From NCBI GenBank assembly GCA_030295235.1, contig AP026137.1:248001-312000 (forward strand): DNA of 64,000 nucleotides, read 5' to 3'. The position numbers and the translations under genes were made by a program. This DNA is from Fistulifera solaris (Eukaryota). Every line of letters starts with the position of its first letter. The stretch's first letter is position 1. Of the stretch, positions 12,509 through 25,219 are shown in pieces. Under the pieces are notes generated by a model, which worked only from the letters and a program-made list of their open reading frames with translations, ran no database searches and was not told the origin of the DNA.

Positions 12509-14716
12509 TTACAAAGATTCGAAGATCCTCAAAGCCTTTTCCATTTCCTCAAACTCTTCTCAAAGCAGCGATGTACTTTGTTCTCGTGATCTTCCTGATC
12601 CTGTGTGCACTCAATCAATTCCTCCTCGCTTACGCTCCAAAAGGATTCCTGGATGGCAGGAATCAGTGAGCGCAGAACTTCCCCAACAAATCATGGGCGA
12701 CCGATCGAGAACTCGAAGCGTGGCAATCTTGCCATAGCTTTCTAGAATAATTTCCATCTCTTCTGCGGTATGATCTTCTATCGTTTTGTGCTTTTGGCGT
12801 TCGAACACGTCGTCCATGATGGCCTGAATGGCTTGTGTGTCGTGACACTCCACCTTCTTGGTCCAGTCGAAAGGCAATCTCCAATTCGCGTCGTAGACTC
12901 CGATGGCTTCGGCAATGTTTTCCAGCAGCAACAAATCTAGTGTGTAAGGCTGTTTCTCTGCAGCGAGATGCATATCGACTTGCTCTCGTGCATGATCCAT
13001 TAATGACCGCACTACGGTAGCGACAGTGTCTCTCCAATAGCGACTGCAGCAGAGGGTATCGTTCGTCCAAGGTACTTTGAATGGATTCACTAACCGCTTT
13101 TCGAGCAACATCCTCCGTTATTTGTAGTAACTTGTCGCACGGTGGTCGCCAATCGGCTTCGACAAAATCTGCCACGACAGCTTTGAATATATCAACGTTA
13201 AGGAAACAAGCCAACTCATCGGTACGGGTCGCTGCAATTTTCTCTTTGAGCCATGAAGGGTCCGTGCGTACACAATGGAAGGGAATTTTCTTCAACGAAT
13301 CACAAACACCGCCTTCGCGGGCAATATATACTTTCAATCCTTCCAACCAAACGTCGTCCACCTCCACTTTGTGATCCTGAATGGGAATGCCAACCCGATC
13401 AAACAACGCTTCCGGCGAAGAATGATCTTCATGAATAAAATCTACACAACAGAAATGCTTGTCTATGTGCACCACTCCACCGGGCACTACCCCTCTTGGT
13501 GTCGTCACCAATACATGTGCTCCTTCTACAACCGATCGCGACCGTATACAAGGAACCTTGTCGAATCGAATCGGCGATTCGTGCAGGCTTGATGCAGACG
13601 CTCCCGCCGAATACGAAGACCTTCCTTGAATCGAAGCTTGCAGCTTGGCCACAAGACTTTGTGATTGTTCCTGGAAATAACGACGACGATCTTGTATAGG
13701 CCGATACTGCTCCATGACCCGGGATGCCTCTACCCGCTTACGGCGAATTTCTTGAACAATGCTTGGCAACGTCTTTCGCCACAAATCTAGCTGCATACGA
13801 CTTAGTTTCTCTCGCAAATGGATAGTACCCAAGCACGTTGTATCGGTGATGGATTTCCAAGGTTCTTGCTGTTGGAAGAAACGTTCTTCTTCTCGTAACG
13901 CTTGCTCAATTGATTGATCCAACGCTGCCTGCCCTCTCCCCTTGATTAAGTGAAACCCCTTCAGTGGCAAGGGATGTTGACCTTTAACAAATTGACGACC
14001 GCTGATTCGGCTCCTGGATCAATTAAATCGGGTTTCGTCAGCACGGGTATAGTGATAAAGTCGGGATGAGGACGACGACGCCCAAACGGCCGCATTGTGA
14101 AAGTCGGACGTCGAGGGATGGACCGCTAACAAAATGCTACGCTCGTGTTGAATTGATTTCCACAATGCTTGTACTTGCTGTGGTATATCCGGATGCTCGG
14201 GACTGTTCTGTAGAAGTCCTGGTAGATCCACCAAGGTGAAGGGATGCGATACATGAGGCCCCTGAATCGATACACTCACCCACCAATCGGTACGAATGGT
14301 GGCATCGCCATTCTCTGTTACCAGCTCTTGCGTGGACGTATTTGTAAGGGAATCTCGTGCCATTGCTCCTCTGTGAGAATGACTTTGTGATGATGTTGTT
14401 CTTCTCCGATATCGGAATGTTGATTGTTATTGTGTATTCTGGAATGATGATTCCACGGAATGAGTTGAATATGCGCCTGACACACGGCATCATGTCGTAG
14501 TTGAATCAAAGTCGGTATTTTCGTCGTCAAAGTATGATCCGTGGGTAGTTCGATGCCGCTCAATTGACTCAAAACGGTGCTTTTGCCACTGCTTGTTTCT
14601 CCCATGACACAAATCCAAGGCAACTCGACCCATCGAGCAACGGAAGTGTCGGCAAATAGTTGCCCTAACGCGGCATTCGACCAAGATTGCGGTATAGCTG
14701 GCGGTACAGTCTCCAT
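12509..14716 (-). CDS. Mx-like dynamin-family GTPase (frameshifted in assembly)
   Basis: G1 ELPWICVMGETSSGKSTVL, G3 LVDLPG, G4 VLTKPDLID, GFHLIKGR, stalk LREKLSRMQ and a GED-like end YGKIATLRVLDRSPMICW...EEMEKALRIFESL* (stop at 12509-12511). Confidence 0.85.
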
Positions 14717-15099
14717 GGGATTTTGAGTGTTTATTTTGTTTTATTACTGCAAAAGAGATTCGTATACATGATAGACCTCGTGCAAGAGATTATTATCAAC
14801 GAAGCTTTCTCATCAACGTCGTCGGCGCACCCTCCTAAAACATGAAAGTATCGATGCGGCACCCGCCGCTAAGGACGCTCTTTACGTTACCGCCGCGCTA
14901 TAGTCATCAGTGTTTTATTTTGAGAAGTATAATGCTGCCTATCGACGATTTTTATCTCAATCTAAAAGATCAACTCCATAGATCCGACCTGATCAAATTT
15001 TCGATAGATCTAAACAAACCGTAGTAGCTCTTTACCCGTAAAGCAATTATACGTCAATCAAATAATCAAAACAAAAGCTTAGAAAACTACATTAATTAA

Positions 15100-16344
15100 A
15101 ATCTAAACGAAATAAAACAAACCCCACATTCCAACGAAAAGATATGGATGCATTCGAACGACGATTCACAAGAGCCGACTCAACTACCATTTTCGACTTC
15201 TTCACCCGGAAACGCTTCTCCGCACACATGAAAGGCATACACGTGTTCGTACCAATACACATCAGCGCATGTACTTATCAAACGAAGAGTATCCGGGAAC
15301 GATGGTGTCATGAGAAACATGTGGAAGGTCGTCGTCCACGTAAGAACGGAAATGTGCTGGATGGACCAACTCTCCAAGATGATTTCGGAAGAACATATTT
15401 TCTTCCAAGGTATTTTCGACCACGACGAAAGCTGCGATCGAATCTGCGTTCCGCGCGGTTTCGCTCTCCTTCTGCAATTCCAATGATTTCGTCATAGTAC
15501 AGGCATTGCTTCTCTCCATCCGTCAACGAATGATGACTGGGAATCTCGATGACAAAAGACACAATTTCTGGCTAAAAGTTGACACGAGCGGCAGCCCTCG
15601 CAACGGATGACGACGATAAAGAAGACGACGGCGACAACGACAAACATGCTGTAGTGTCACAAAAAAGAGCACTGGGCGACACTGCCGAAGCAGGAAGCTC
15701 GGTCCCCCCGTTCGCAAGCACCCACGACAACATCTCGTCGGGCAACGTGTTGGCATCTTCGTCAGCAAGCGAAACAGCGCACGGATCACATGAAACGTAT
15801 GCATCAATATCTTCTTTGAAGTTAGATGACAATGAACGGAGCACAAAATGCGAACGCTCAATGCTCGCCGCCGTCGGCACTTGAAAACAGGCTTCACGAA
15901 CTTCTTCACCGCAGACCCAAGTCCGCGAGCAATGCTGGAACGACGACGACACTTTAGTGTCGGCAAAGCATTCGAGCGCACAGCGCATCGCCGGGGCGAG
16001 AAGCAAGACTGCATGAACGCACCGCAAGAGCTTCCCCGGGTGTAAGTCCTTCGCTGATCTCTGCCCACAGCAGCATTTCTTCAAGCGTTGGCATGTCCTC
16101 AATCGGCGAGAAGACCCAAGCACGCAACTCGTCAACACTGTCATTCTGATCAATTTCCACGTAAGCCACATCGGAAACGAACAGCAAATTGTCCACTTTT
16201 TTATCTACTTTCTTCAGAGTCGATGGGGACCTTGTAAGACGCAGGCGAGCTGCGGTGACGCAGATTAGCTCGCTTCCGCTTGAAAACCGACTTCCCGCGA
16301 CTCCGGAGGTTTCGAGAAGATGTTAACAAGCTTCTGATTTGCAT
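15100..16344 (-). CDS. Uncharacterised RVxF/HLGELxHPAxF family protein, subfamily A copy 2
   Basis: Paralog of 3648-4929 including upstream sequence; ARVNF followed by an in-frame TAG, then PEIVSFVIEIP; ENTLEENMFFRNHLGELVHPAHFRSY. The 3' end is approximate. Confidence 0.7.
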
Positions 16345-16991
16345 TTGATGTCAATTGATTGATACAATAGGCAAAAGTAAGTGTAAAGGCAACAAAAACG
16401 GGTTTTTGTGAATTTTTTGCTGCTGCAGCGGCGCTGCTGCTGCCGGACGACGTAGAGACTGATCTAAAAGAGTACCGCATTGCATCATTTCATATTTTAA
16501 TGCAAGCAAGACACTACCGCAAACACTCGTAGCGGTACTTGTCTATTCAACGCATTGAAAAGTGCTAAAGCTAAAGAGACTAGAGAAACGTAACGAAACA
16601 TCGTACTATAAAACCCAATGCTAGACAAGTAATCATTGAGTCAAACTATACTAGGCAATCGCTGGAAACAACAACTTTGATACTAATTTTTTTAAAAATT
16701 AGCATTCGACAATACTGTTACCAGTACGAGTATCATTTCACATTTTTGAGCTAGTTAGACAACACCGCGACTCTAAGCGGTACGTGTCCATGATTTAACG
16801 CATAGAGAGACTAATAACCCAATGCTAAAGACAAGCTTCAATAAAATAGACTTTTATTAGGCAATTGTTTATACGAATAACGACTTTTGACAACATAAAC
16901 ACAAACGACTACATTCTCAGAATTCTCCCGACGAAAAAACACTTTGCGCAATACAAAAGGACAAACGAACCCAGGCAACTCGAATTCACAT

Positions 16992-18208
16992 TTAACGGAT
17001 GATGAAACGAGATCCAAACGATGGAGAAACGCAAATACCACTAGCACCGTGGTGAGATCGATTTGGAGACGCATCAACTTTCCAGATACACAACATCTCA
17101 TCCGAACCCATGGAAGCGAGCTTGCAACCATCGGGGCTCATATCCATTGTCAAGATGCGGCCTTTGTGCAAAGACAAACTCTGAATCGGCTCCATCTTTG
17201 GGTAACTCCACGCAATGACCACATTGCTTGGACTAGAGGTCGAAAAGCCATGGCTGGAATACAACTCCTGATGATGACGCCCCCCAAATCAACGAAGAAA
17301 CTTGACTGTTGGTAGAAACGCTCTTCAACATATTCCCGGAAATTGCACTCCACAGCTTGATGCAGCCATCGGCAGTTCCGCCGCCAGTCGCGAGCATATC
17401 GCCGATAAGGACACCACGCCAGTCCCTTGACAGCCGCCGTGCGATTCCAGTACAAGTCGAGGTCCGGCATTGTTGATCATGGAAGGATCCCAAAGATGAA
17501 CTGCGTTATCATTTCGACCTCTTGCAAGGCACGTTCCTTCTGCATTCCAGGCCAGGTTGCAGACTGACAACACACCTGACGATGACGCTGATCCAGACAC
17601 GGTCATCCCTGTGACAGACCGAGAACGCAAGTCGAGATTCGCGAATCTCACTGTTCAGCGCATCCAGCCGTCAACCAATTTCGCTGAATCGTTCCAGCAA
17701 AGTGCGCGCACTGGGCTTCTTGCCGAGGTCAAGGAGGTGCAAACAACTTCTTTGTTGCTGATGGTGTCGTACACGCGAACAAAGCCTGAACTCGTTCCTA
17801 CTGCCAGCAGGTGCGTCATACCGTCCATTGTGCACCACTTGACAGATCGAACGTAATTCGAGGTCTCGTTTTCGTCAAGGGGTGTAATACCAGCGCCCCC
17901 AATCTCATGAACGGCACGAGTAGACTCGTTCATGACGCATACAGATGATCCCAGAGCCACAGCCAGCAAATTGTCTTTACTCCAGCTGAGTGGATGCGTA
18001 TAGTAATCATTTACAATACCCGGTACATCGAGAATGACTTCAGGACGGGATTTGAGGACACGAGCAGCGTTTACAATGACCTTTTCAGCCGTCAAGGTCG
18101 GGAAGGACGCAAGAAGTCCATCAGCGAAGGGTCCGCGTAGCAACGATAGGACGACGATTACTTGTCGTGGAAGGAGAAACAGAGCCGTACTTTAAAAGAG
18201 ACTTCAAT
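16992..18208 (-). pseudogene. CDC20: Cdc20/Fizzy APC/C coactivator copy 1, 5'-deleted and disrupted by a Copia element
   Basis: ILDVPGIVNDYYTHPLSWSKDNLLAVALG, AVKGLAWCP, LATGGGTADGCIKLW and C-terminal IR tail (FGSRFIIR*). The N-terminal C-box region is absent; its promoter and a split ATG lie at 21874 onward. Confidence 0.9.
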
Positions 18209-21200
18209 CCTTGGTACCACCAAAACCAGAGTAAAGACGTCCTCTCGTTGGAAACAGAGAAGTGATCCATTGAAACCTTCTGGCCCGGAATTAAAATATC
18301 CTTCGAGAGAACTTTGGATTGGCGATCGACGGTCAATTTCGCTCCAGTCGACTTGGCGCTTTCCTTTTCCATACATGCAAGCAGCGCTTGGGAATCGTAC
18401 AACGCGCCGCCCTGGACTTCAGCAGACTTTCCGAGAGCGCCGGTTTTGAGCAAGGCTTGAATGCTTTTCATGCTTCGGTGAACAAATCGGAAATGCAAGC
18501 GAAGAAGAAACTTCTGTGCGTCACTCAAGTTTTGATTCTCAGCTGTGGTAACACAGTTTTGAATCTTCGCAGCATTGAGAGCAACAGATTGTTTTCGGAA
18601 CATCTCCAGAGTCGGCAAATTGTTTTCAGGAGAGTATGCAATATCAAGAAAGTGGCCGTCCAACAAGTTGACATGAATGAGGCTCGAGTCGCCGGAAAAA
18701 CGCGGTTCGTCGTTTCGCGCCTTCACCAATTGACAATAAGACTGTGGGCTGAAGAGTCGAACATTCGCATTGGGCACATGTAATCCGGGAATCCGAAAAG
18801 TAAAGCCCTTGCCGTTGGACAGAGTAGCAGTCCATTCAAGAGTACCTCGCCCGCAATCGAAGAACCTGCAGCAAAGCCAGACAAAACTGTATCTCCAGTA
18901 GTAGGAGTGTAGGATGTGAAGTCATCACGGTCAAAAGTAACAGCAACTGTGGCTCCAGTGTCCCAAATAACCGGAAACAGATTCGCCATGGTCGGCTTTC
19001 CAGCGACATGGACTTGATGCAAAGCAGGGAGGGCATAAATAGACGGGGGCAGCTTCAGCGTACGGTGCAAAGTATGCTTTAGAATTGACTACACTATTAT
19101 CTCCCTCTCGAAGCAACACCGTCTCAGTAGCTCCCTCTGGAATAGAATGTCCAGTGGGATAGCAAAACAACGGCGTCATCGAGTAGGTGCCATGGCGTGG
19201 GATGGTCGTGCGGCGGACACGGCATATCAAACGACTTCGGTATTCAAATGACCGTTCGATCTATCATATCCGGAAGCTCCAATGCCCAACGCGGAATCAC
19301 TTGAAGTCGTCCTCAACGTTTTCTCCTCGCCGCAGGCTCAACAAAACGATTTTGCTTTCAACGCCGAAAAACACCACCCTCACCATGCTGACAAGTCGAA
19401 GCTTTGGATGATGAAGAAGGATCAGGAGGTCGGCGCAAACGTCGGCTACAATCACTTGGATGAAATCGGTGACAGCCATGCCAGGGCGGGCACCAAGTTA
19501 ACTCCATAGACAACACCAGGGGCTCCGAAGCGTCACTCGCCACATGCTCGTCATGATCGGAAGAAAGCACCATGAAACGACACGGGAGAGAGATGAGACG
19601 CTCGGGCAAAGGTTTGAATCGCGTCGAAGACCAAGAGAGCGACGATGAGCGGCACTTTGGGCACGCAACCACTTCGAAATGGTCGCAGCAACACGGAAAT
19701 GACGCCACCAAGAAAAGCACTCAACAATCAACCAGTAAAGAATAAAATGCTTCGGCGAGAGCTCCAACAACAAACGACCGATAAAGATGAATAAAAGGCT
19801 CAGGAAGGGACCTCGATCGAAAGGTTCACCTTCCCTGCCGATTTCCTATTCGAATCGCTGTCGGAACCCCAACAGAACTGCAAGGGTGCCGTCCAAGCTT
19901 GGGCAACATTAGCGGCAGGAGCGGCGGGCTTGGCATCAGCGGGCTTCTCTTCCTTGCTCTTGTGCTCGCCGGTTCCATGGGTCTGGTTCCAGCGCTTGCA
20001 TTTGGCGCAATAATAGAAAGTCTTGCCGTACTTGGTCATGGTGGTGGGCTCTCCATCCTTCGAGCGATGCGAGTCCAACGAGTTTCGGTCAAACCGCCGC
20101 CTTTCTTTTCGCCATCACCACCGCCAGTCTTCGTAGCAGCCTTGTCTTTGTTCGCCTTCTTGTCCTTGGTCTTCGAGGGAGGCAGTTTTAGTGCCATTCG
20201 ACTCGAATTTCGACTTGAGGGTCTTGAACTCGGCTTTGAGACTCTTGATCGCCGCAGCATTAGCACTAACTTCAGTAGTAGTTCCTTTAGCCGGTCCCCA
20301 ATCTTCCTTTAGGTTGCTGTAGACATCCTTTGCTTCATGGAGAATGCGGCGATAGTTGGTGTAGCCGCTCATCCTTTCAGCAACTTCCTTCGACTTTCCG
20401 GCAGAGAGACGCACAAAGTCGGAGAGGGATGCGAAGCCGTGTGCCAGTGAACACGGAATCCTTCGACCGAGCAAGTGCACAGCTGCTGCTGCAAAATGAC
20501 CAAGTGATCGCGAGGGAGCTGATCATTGGCCTCCAACTCTTGCAAAGTCTCCATCTGCGCATTCGCCCCAGGCAGCAACATTTTCTCCGGGAGTTTCGAC
20601 CAACTTGCGCTTGCGAACACCTCTTCGAGTTCGGAGACACGGCGAAAGGCGTTTGGAAGAACTTCTTCGGTGATTTTCATCCAAACCAAAGGTCCAAGGC
20701 GCGCATGAGCAGAGCTCAAAGAAGTTCGAATCGTGCGCTGGAAGGAGCTCCAACGAGTTAAACAGAAAAGCAGCCGAATCGCTAAGCGAATCGATCATAT
20801 ACTGATCAAACACACCGGACTTGATCATGTCTTCGAGGTGCTTCGCGACTTCATCGAAGGTGAACTTGCCGTGGTAGACGAAGAGATCAATCACTCGACT
20901 GAGATCAGCAGGATCGTTCATGAAGAACGGCGTATCGAGACCATGCGTAATGCAATGGTTGAACGCTGAATCAGCGAGCTCAACAAGGCGATAGTCATTC
21001 GCAGTAGGACTGAACTTGGGGTCGAGACCGGAGATGCGATCCTTGAAACTTTTCTCGGCGATACGGATTCGGATCTCGAAAGCAGTAGGGCGTCGCAGGC
21101 ACAAGGTTAACACTGCGAGTAAAGCTTGCATCCGGAGCACCACCAATGGCTGGGATAGAACATTGAACAAGGCCGAACTTCGGCACGAGAACGGGCTCGG

Positions 21201-21873
21201 AAAAAGTGGCCTGAACATTCGTTTCGACTTTTGCGCTCGGTGAAAACGCGAGTGTAGAACCAGTTAGAACCGGAGGAGGTTTCCTGTCATCAGCTTCGGT
21301 TTCGGGAAGACATATCGCCGAATAACGAAGGACGACAAAAAGGGAGTAAGTAGGGCACGTGTATCAAACAACTGCAAAAGACTGTACCAGATAGTGTAAA
21401 TCTGGGCTCGTAACCTCTCACGTATCGACGGACAGAAATTGGAAGTATTTTCTGTCAACCAAGTCGGTACGTTTAGCAACAACAGAAGAGGAAGTATCTG
21501 GTAGAGCTAAGACGATAAACAGCCAAAGTTTTTCCAAACAACAATATTATAAAGCCTTTACAAATCCGACAAATGATCAAGGTGGAACTTCACTGGGTGA
21601 TGGTTCCGCCGAGAATGTCACTTGTTATCGGACTAGGTCTTATTTTATCTTGAAATTCCGAGCTCACGTATGTGGCTCCAACATTCTTGTATCGCGTTGC
21701 TTGCAAACTTTTCACGCCTTCACGATCAATCCAAATCGTACAAAGACCCTTGGGCCTCTCCCATGAGGTTCCGTCCGAAGGGTTCCGATTTGGTGATCGG
21801 AGTTCGCATTAGGTCGTGAGGCTAGATTGGCTGAGTCCCTAGTAGTCTGCCCGCTATCCGCATATCCGTGACA
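18209..21873 (-). mobile_element. 3'-truncated Copia retrotransposon of diatom (CoDi-like) type: 5' LTR, gag, protease and start of integrase
   Basis: LTR-like segment bounded by TGTCA/TGACA (21285-21873); gag knuckle YYCAKCKRWNQTHGTGEH, protease VIWDTGAT, pre-integrase LLRLHFRFVH and integrase start PGQKVSMDHF. No RT, RNase H or second LTR. Confidence 0.88.
21285..21873 (-). repeat. Putative 5' LTR (589 bp) of the truncated Copia
   Basis: Right edge fixed by resumption of Cdc20 promoter homology at 21874; left edge inferred only from the inverted TGTCA terminus, as there is no partner LTR. Confidence 0.6.
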
Positions 21874-22030
21874 ATGGTGTGTTTTTTTGGTTCAAAGCAA
21901 AAATTATGCGGATGAAGGCTTGCTGCGGTACAAATTTATACGCCAGAGATCCGCTTACGTAGCCAAACGTACCAAGCTCCACGTAGGTTCTACATATAGA
22001 ATACAGACTGTATTATATCGTACCGGAACC
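21874..22030 (-). promoter_or_regulatory. Orphaned Cdc20 copy 1 upstream region
   Basis: Matches the sequence directly upstream of the ATG in Cdc20 copies 2-4 (ATGGTGTG...TTTTGGTTCAAAGCAAAAATT...ATGCGGAT...GGCTTGCTGCGGTAC on +). Confidence 0.8.
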
Positions 22031-22670
22031 GTACGGCACTTGTATAATTTCGTTGCTCTCACGAAGGATCCGCATTCAGATCAATTTAAAGCGCATTTGA
22101 AGTCTTCAGGTCTTCTTTTGTCGTATAAATGAAGCAACAAATCATTTTGGGTTGAATTTTGGTGTTTTCTGGGTGGTTGCGACGCTTGTTTCACTGTACT
22201 TGGTGTCACCGCTAGTAGCTTCGCATCATCATCGACCTACGCGATTCTTATGATGCTTCGCTGTGGAGTTGCCACACCTGAGGTCTAGCTACTAAATTGT
22301 TGACTGTTTGAATAAAGAATACGTGTGGAAGTCGAAGGTAACGGCTTTCTTGCTAAGCTAATAGATGTGTGTATTAGGAGGAGACGACGAAAATTTCACT
22401 CGTCAATAAAAACTACAAACTGATCAAGTAAAATTTCACGAAAAACAAATCTAGCTCTCTTAATTTTGTTAGTACGACGAGAATGAGATGGATGCAAGGC
22501 AATTTCATTTGATTTTATCAACAAAGCATTTTGATTGTGCTTATCAACGATAAGCGAACGAAAACGCAATACAAGAAGCAACAAAAGAACAGTCAAACAG
22601 TACAAACGATTCGCCACTGGGTGTCTTCGCCGCAGCAGTCTTGGATATGGATGTGAAAGTGGATGATTAA

Positions 22671-22758
22671 GAGCTAATGCGAAACTGCAACGATTGCAAT
22701 CGCATTGCCCTGCTGAGCTAATGCGAAACTGCAACGATTGCAATCGCATTGCCCTGCT
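22671..22758. repeat. Perfect 44-bp tandem duplication containing the palindrome CGATTGCAATCG
   Basis: GAGCTAATGCGAAACTGCAACGATTGCAATCGCATTGCCCTGCT twice; a single diverged copy at the paralogous site near 31495-31540. Confidence 0.9.
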
Positions 22759-22779
22759 GAACAAACACCAAAGACCGCA

Positions 22780-23682
22780 CGCCCAATAGGGTGTGCGAGC
22801 TGTGAAAGTGAAAGTAGTCGATTCGAACATTCGCCACTCTTACGACTTGGCTGCACGACGACGGAGACGCTTCGCTTCCACAGCTTCGATGGCTTTCTCC
22901 GCCATCTCGGGGGTGAAAACGGCGCTCGCGATAGCGCTGTGGTAGAAAGTGGTGTACTTTTCCAAATAAGCCAAGTAGTCCTTGCAGCGAGCAGCCAGTT
23001 ATTGGAGTGTCAACGGAAGATGTCGAAGAACACAGTACACGTAAGGTTGCAACTGTGCTGGATGAGCCAACTCTCCAAGATGAGTGCGAAAGAATTCATC
23101 TTCTTCCACCACATTATCCAGACAGAAACGACTGCACTCAAACTCACTTTCAACAAACCGCTTATCACCCTCCAGGTTCAATGTCCGTACGTCGCAATAC
23201 ATGCGGTCCTACTTCTCCTTTGTCAATGAGTAACGATTGGGGATCTCCTTAACGCCCGTCACAATCTGTGGCACAAAGCTGACACTGCGAGCAGGAGAAG
23301 AAGAAAAGGCTTCGTCGATTTTTCGTCAAAGCCCTCCGCAACATTCGACAAAGGCAGGACGGAAACCAGCGGTGCTTCCGGTTGCACAGCATTTCGATGT
23401 TAAACACGCAGTATCGACATCGGCATCTTGCTCGACGGGGAGTGCTTCATTCGTCTCCTCAATCAATGATGTAGGATACTCAGAAAGGTCACCAGGTTGC
23501 ACTAGGGGTGCGAAGGCATCGCCAGATTCAACTAGAAGACCTCGATCTTGACACAGGACTACAGGCGGCTGGTCTGCCGCCAAACAAGATTTCTCGGGGC
23601 TTTTTGTTCGCTGCCGCTTGCACGACGAATCTTCATGGCTTTGGGTACTCAGAGGAGAGACAGAATGCTCTGAAACTTGCAT
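22780..23682 (-). CDS. Uncharacterised SILK/RVxF/HLGELxHPAxF family protein, subfamily C copy 1
   Basis: MQVSEH...CKRQRTKSPE, PMSILRV, ARSVSFVPQIVTGVKEIP and REFE-like ESEFECSRFCLDNVVEEDEFFRTHLGELAHPAQL. Frameshifted; the 3' end is approximate. Confidence 0.72.
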
Positions 23683-25219
23683 TTTGTTTGTTTTTAGATG
23701 AGAATAAAGATTATAATCAGCAATAACGGTGTTTAGTATGAACGTCATGAAATGTTTTTGCTGCCGCTGCTGACGGACGACGAATGCCGGCGACGAAAGA
23801 CATCATTGGGTACCATTATGACCTAATCTATTTCTTTCTTTTATAACCATGACCATAGTGGGGAAGTCCTCTTCGGTTGACGCCTTAGTTTTTCTTTTAT
23901 TATAGACTATAGTTCAAAGCTAAAAGCTGACAATGAAGCCTTAATTTCATTTTTACTACAACCAACTTTGTCTAAGTATCTGTTTTTAAGTTTGGCGCTA
24001 GTATCTCGATTGTCGATAGATGATATTGTACACGGAGTACCTTACAGTCGATCGGATCGACCTGTTGATGAATGGTAAGCTATTCTTTCGTTCCAACGTA
24101 TACATCGAGATATCGATATAGCTTCTCTGTGATTTTCAGTGCTTAGTCATGGCTAAGGACAATTATAAAATACAGCTGGGCGCTGCTGGAATTGTGTGGG
24201 CATTCGATACTTTTGTTGTAACAGGTTCATTAACAAGTTATACAGTCTCACACAAGATTGTGCGTAATGTTTATTTTTTACATAAGGTTTTGTTGTTTTG
24301 TAGTTCCCATTGATGTAAAGATTCGTGATTGCAGTCGTTTCTCTATAATTCTCTTACGAAGCCAGTTCGACGGTTTTCCCTGCCGCTTGGCCCCACTATT
24401 GTTGGTAAAAGGGTTTTAGCATCGACAACAACGGATGAATATCATCATCTTTTTGTAAATCATTTACCTTTTCTAGTTTCTCTAGCATCATTTCGGGCGT
24501 CACAGACTCGTCCGCTTGTACAATGACAGTCTTGTTTGCGACGTCGGTGTCAATCTCCGAGACCCCTGAAATTCAAACATCAAGACTGTAAATCGGTATG
24601 CATGTATAACGCAATCGATCAACGCACCGTCGCAACGCACCTTCCAATTTACTCAAAATCCGCTTGACGGCAGCCGCACAACCCTCACTGTACGAGCGTC
24701 GGTGAGGGTAAAGCGACGAACAAGAAACAGCCCCTCACAGAAAAGACGTACCAAGTCATTCCTACATTAAATCGCGTCTCAACCATCTTGTTTGTGGATA
24801 ACGTGCAGAAAGGATGCAGTATCGTTTGAGCGAATGAACAATGACAAGATATTGTAGACTATACGGAGTATTGTTTATTCACTTCAATAAGCGGAGCGCG
24901 CAACAAAACACGGTTCAATAAATATATCGTACCGGTACCTATTCCTGTTATCACCAGTACTCTTGCGACAAATACTGTATTTCCTTTCTTTCAACGGTCG
25001 CAAAGAAAAACGACCATGACGATGTTTCATTGACGATGTAGCAGCCGCGCTATTGATCTTCATTTCCATTTTGCTTTCGCCTATCGCTTGTCATTTCTCT
25101 ACATTTCTGAATCTTTCAGTAGTAAAACGAGAAAAGCGATCGACGGTTCTTAAAACGAAACACAGGCATCGAAGCATTTTTGTAAACGACTTCCTAATTT
25201 CTGTCATTTTGACTCTACT

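Noticed and set aside
18121..18777. Apparent in-frame integrase-Cdc20 fusion ORF
   Set aside because: The integrase-like frame (TRGRLYSGFGGTKD) stops at the junction; the read-through in the ORF track depends on an upstream indel.
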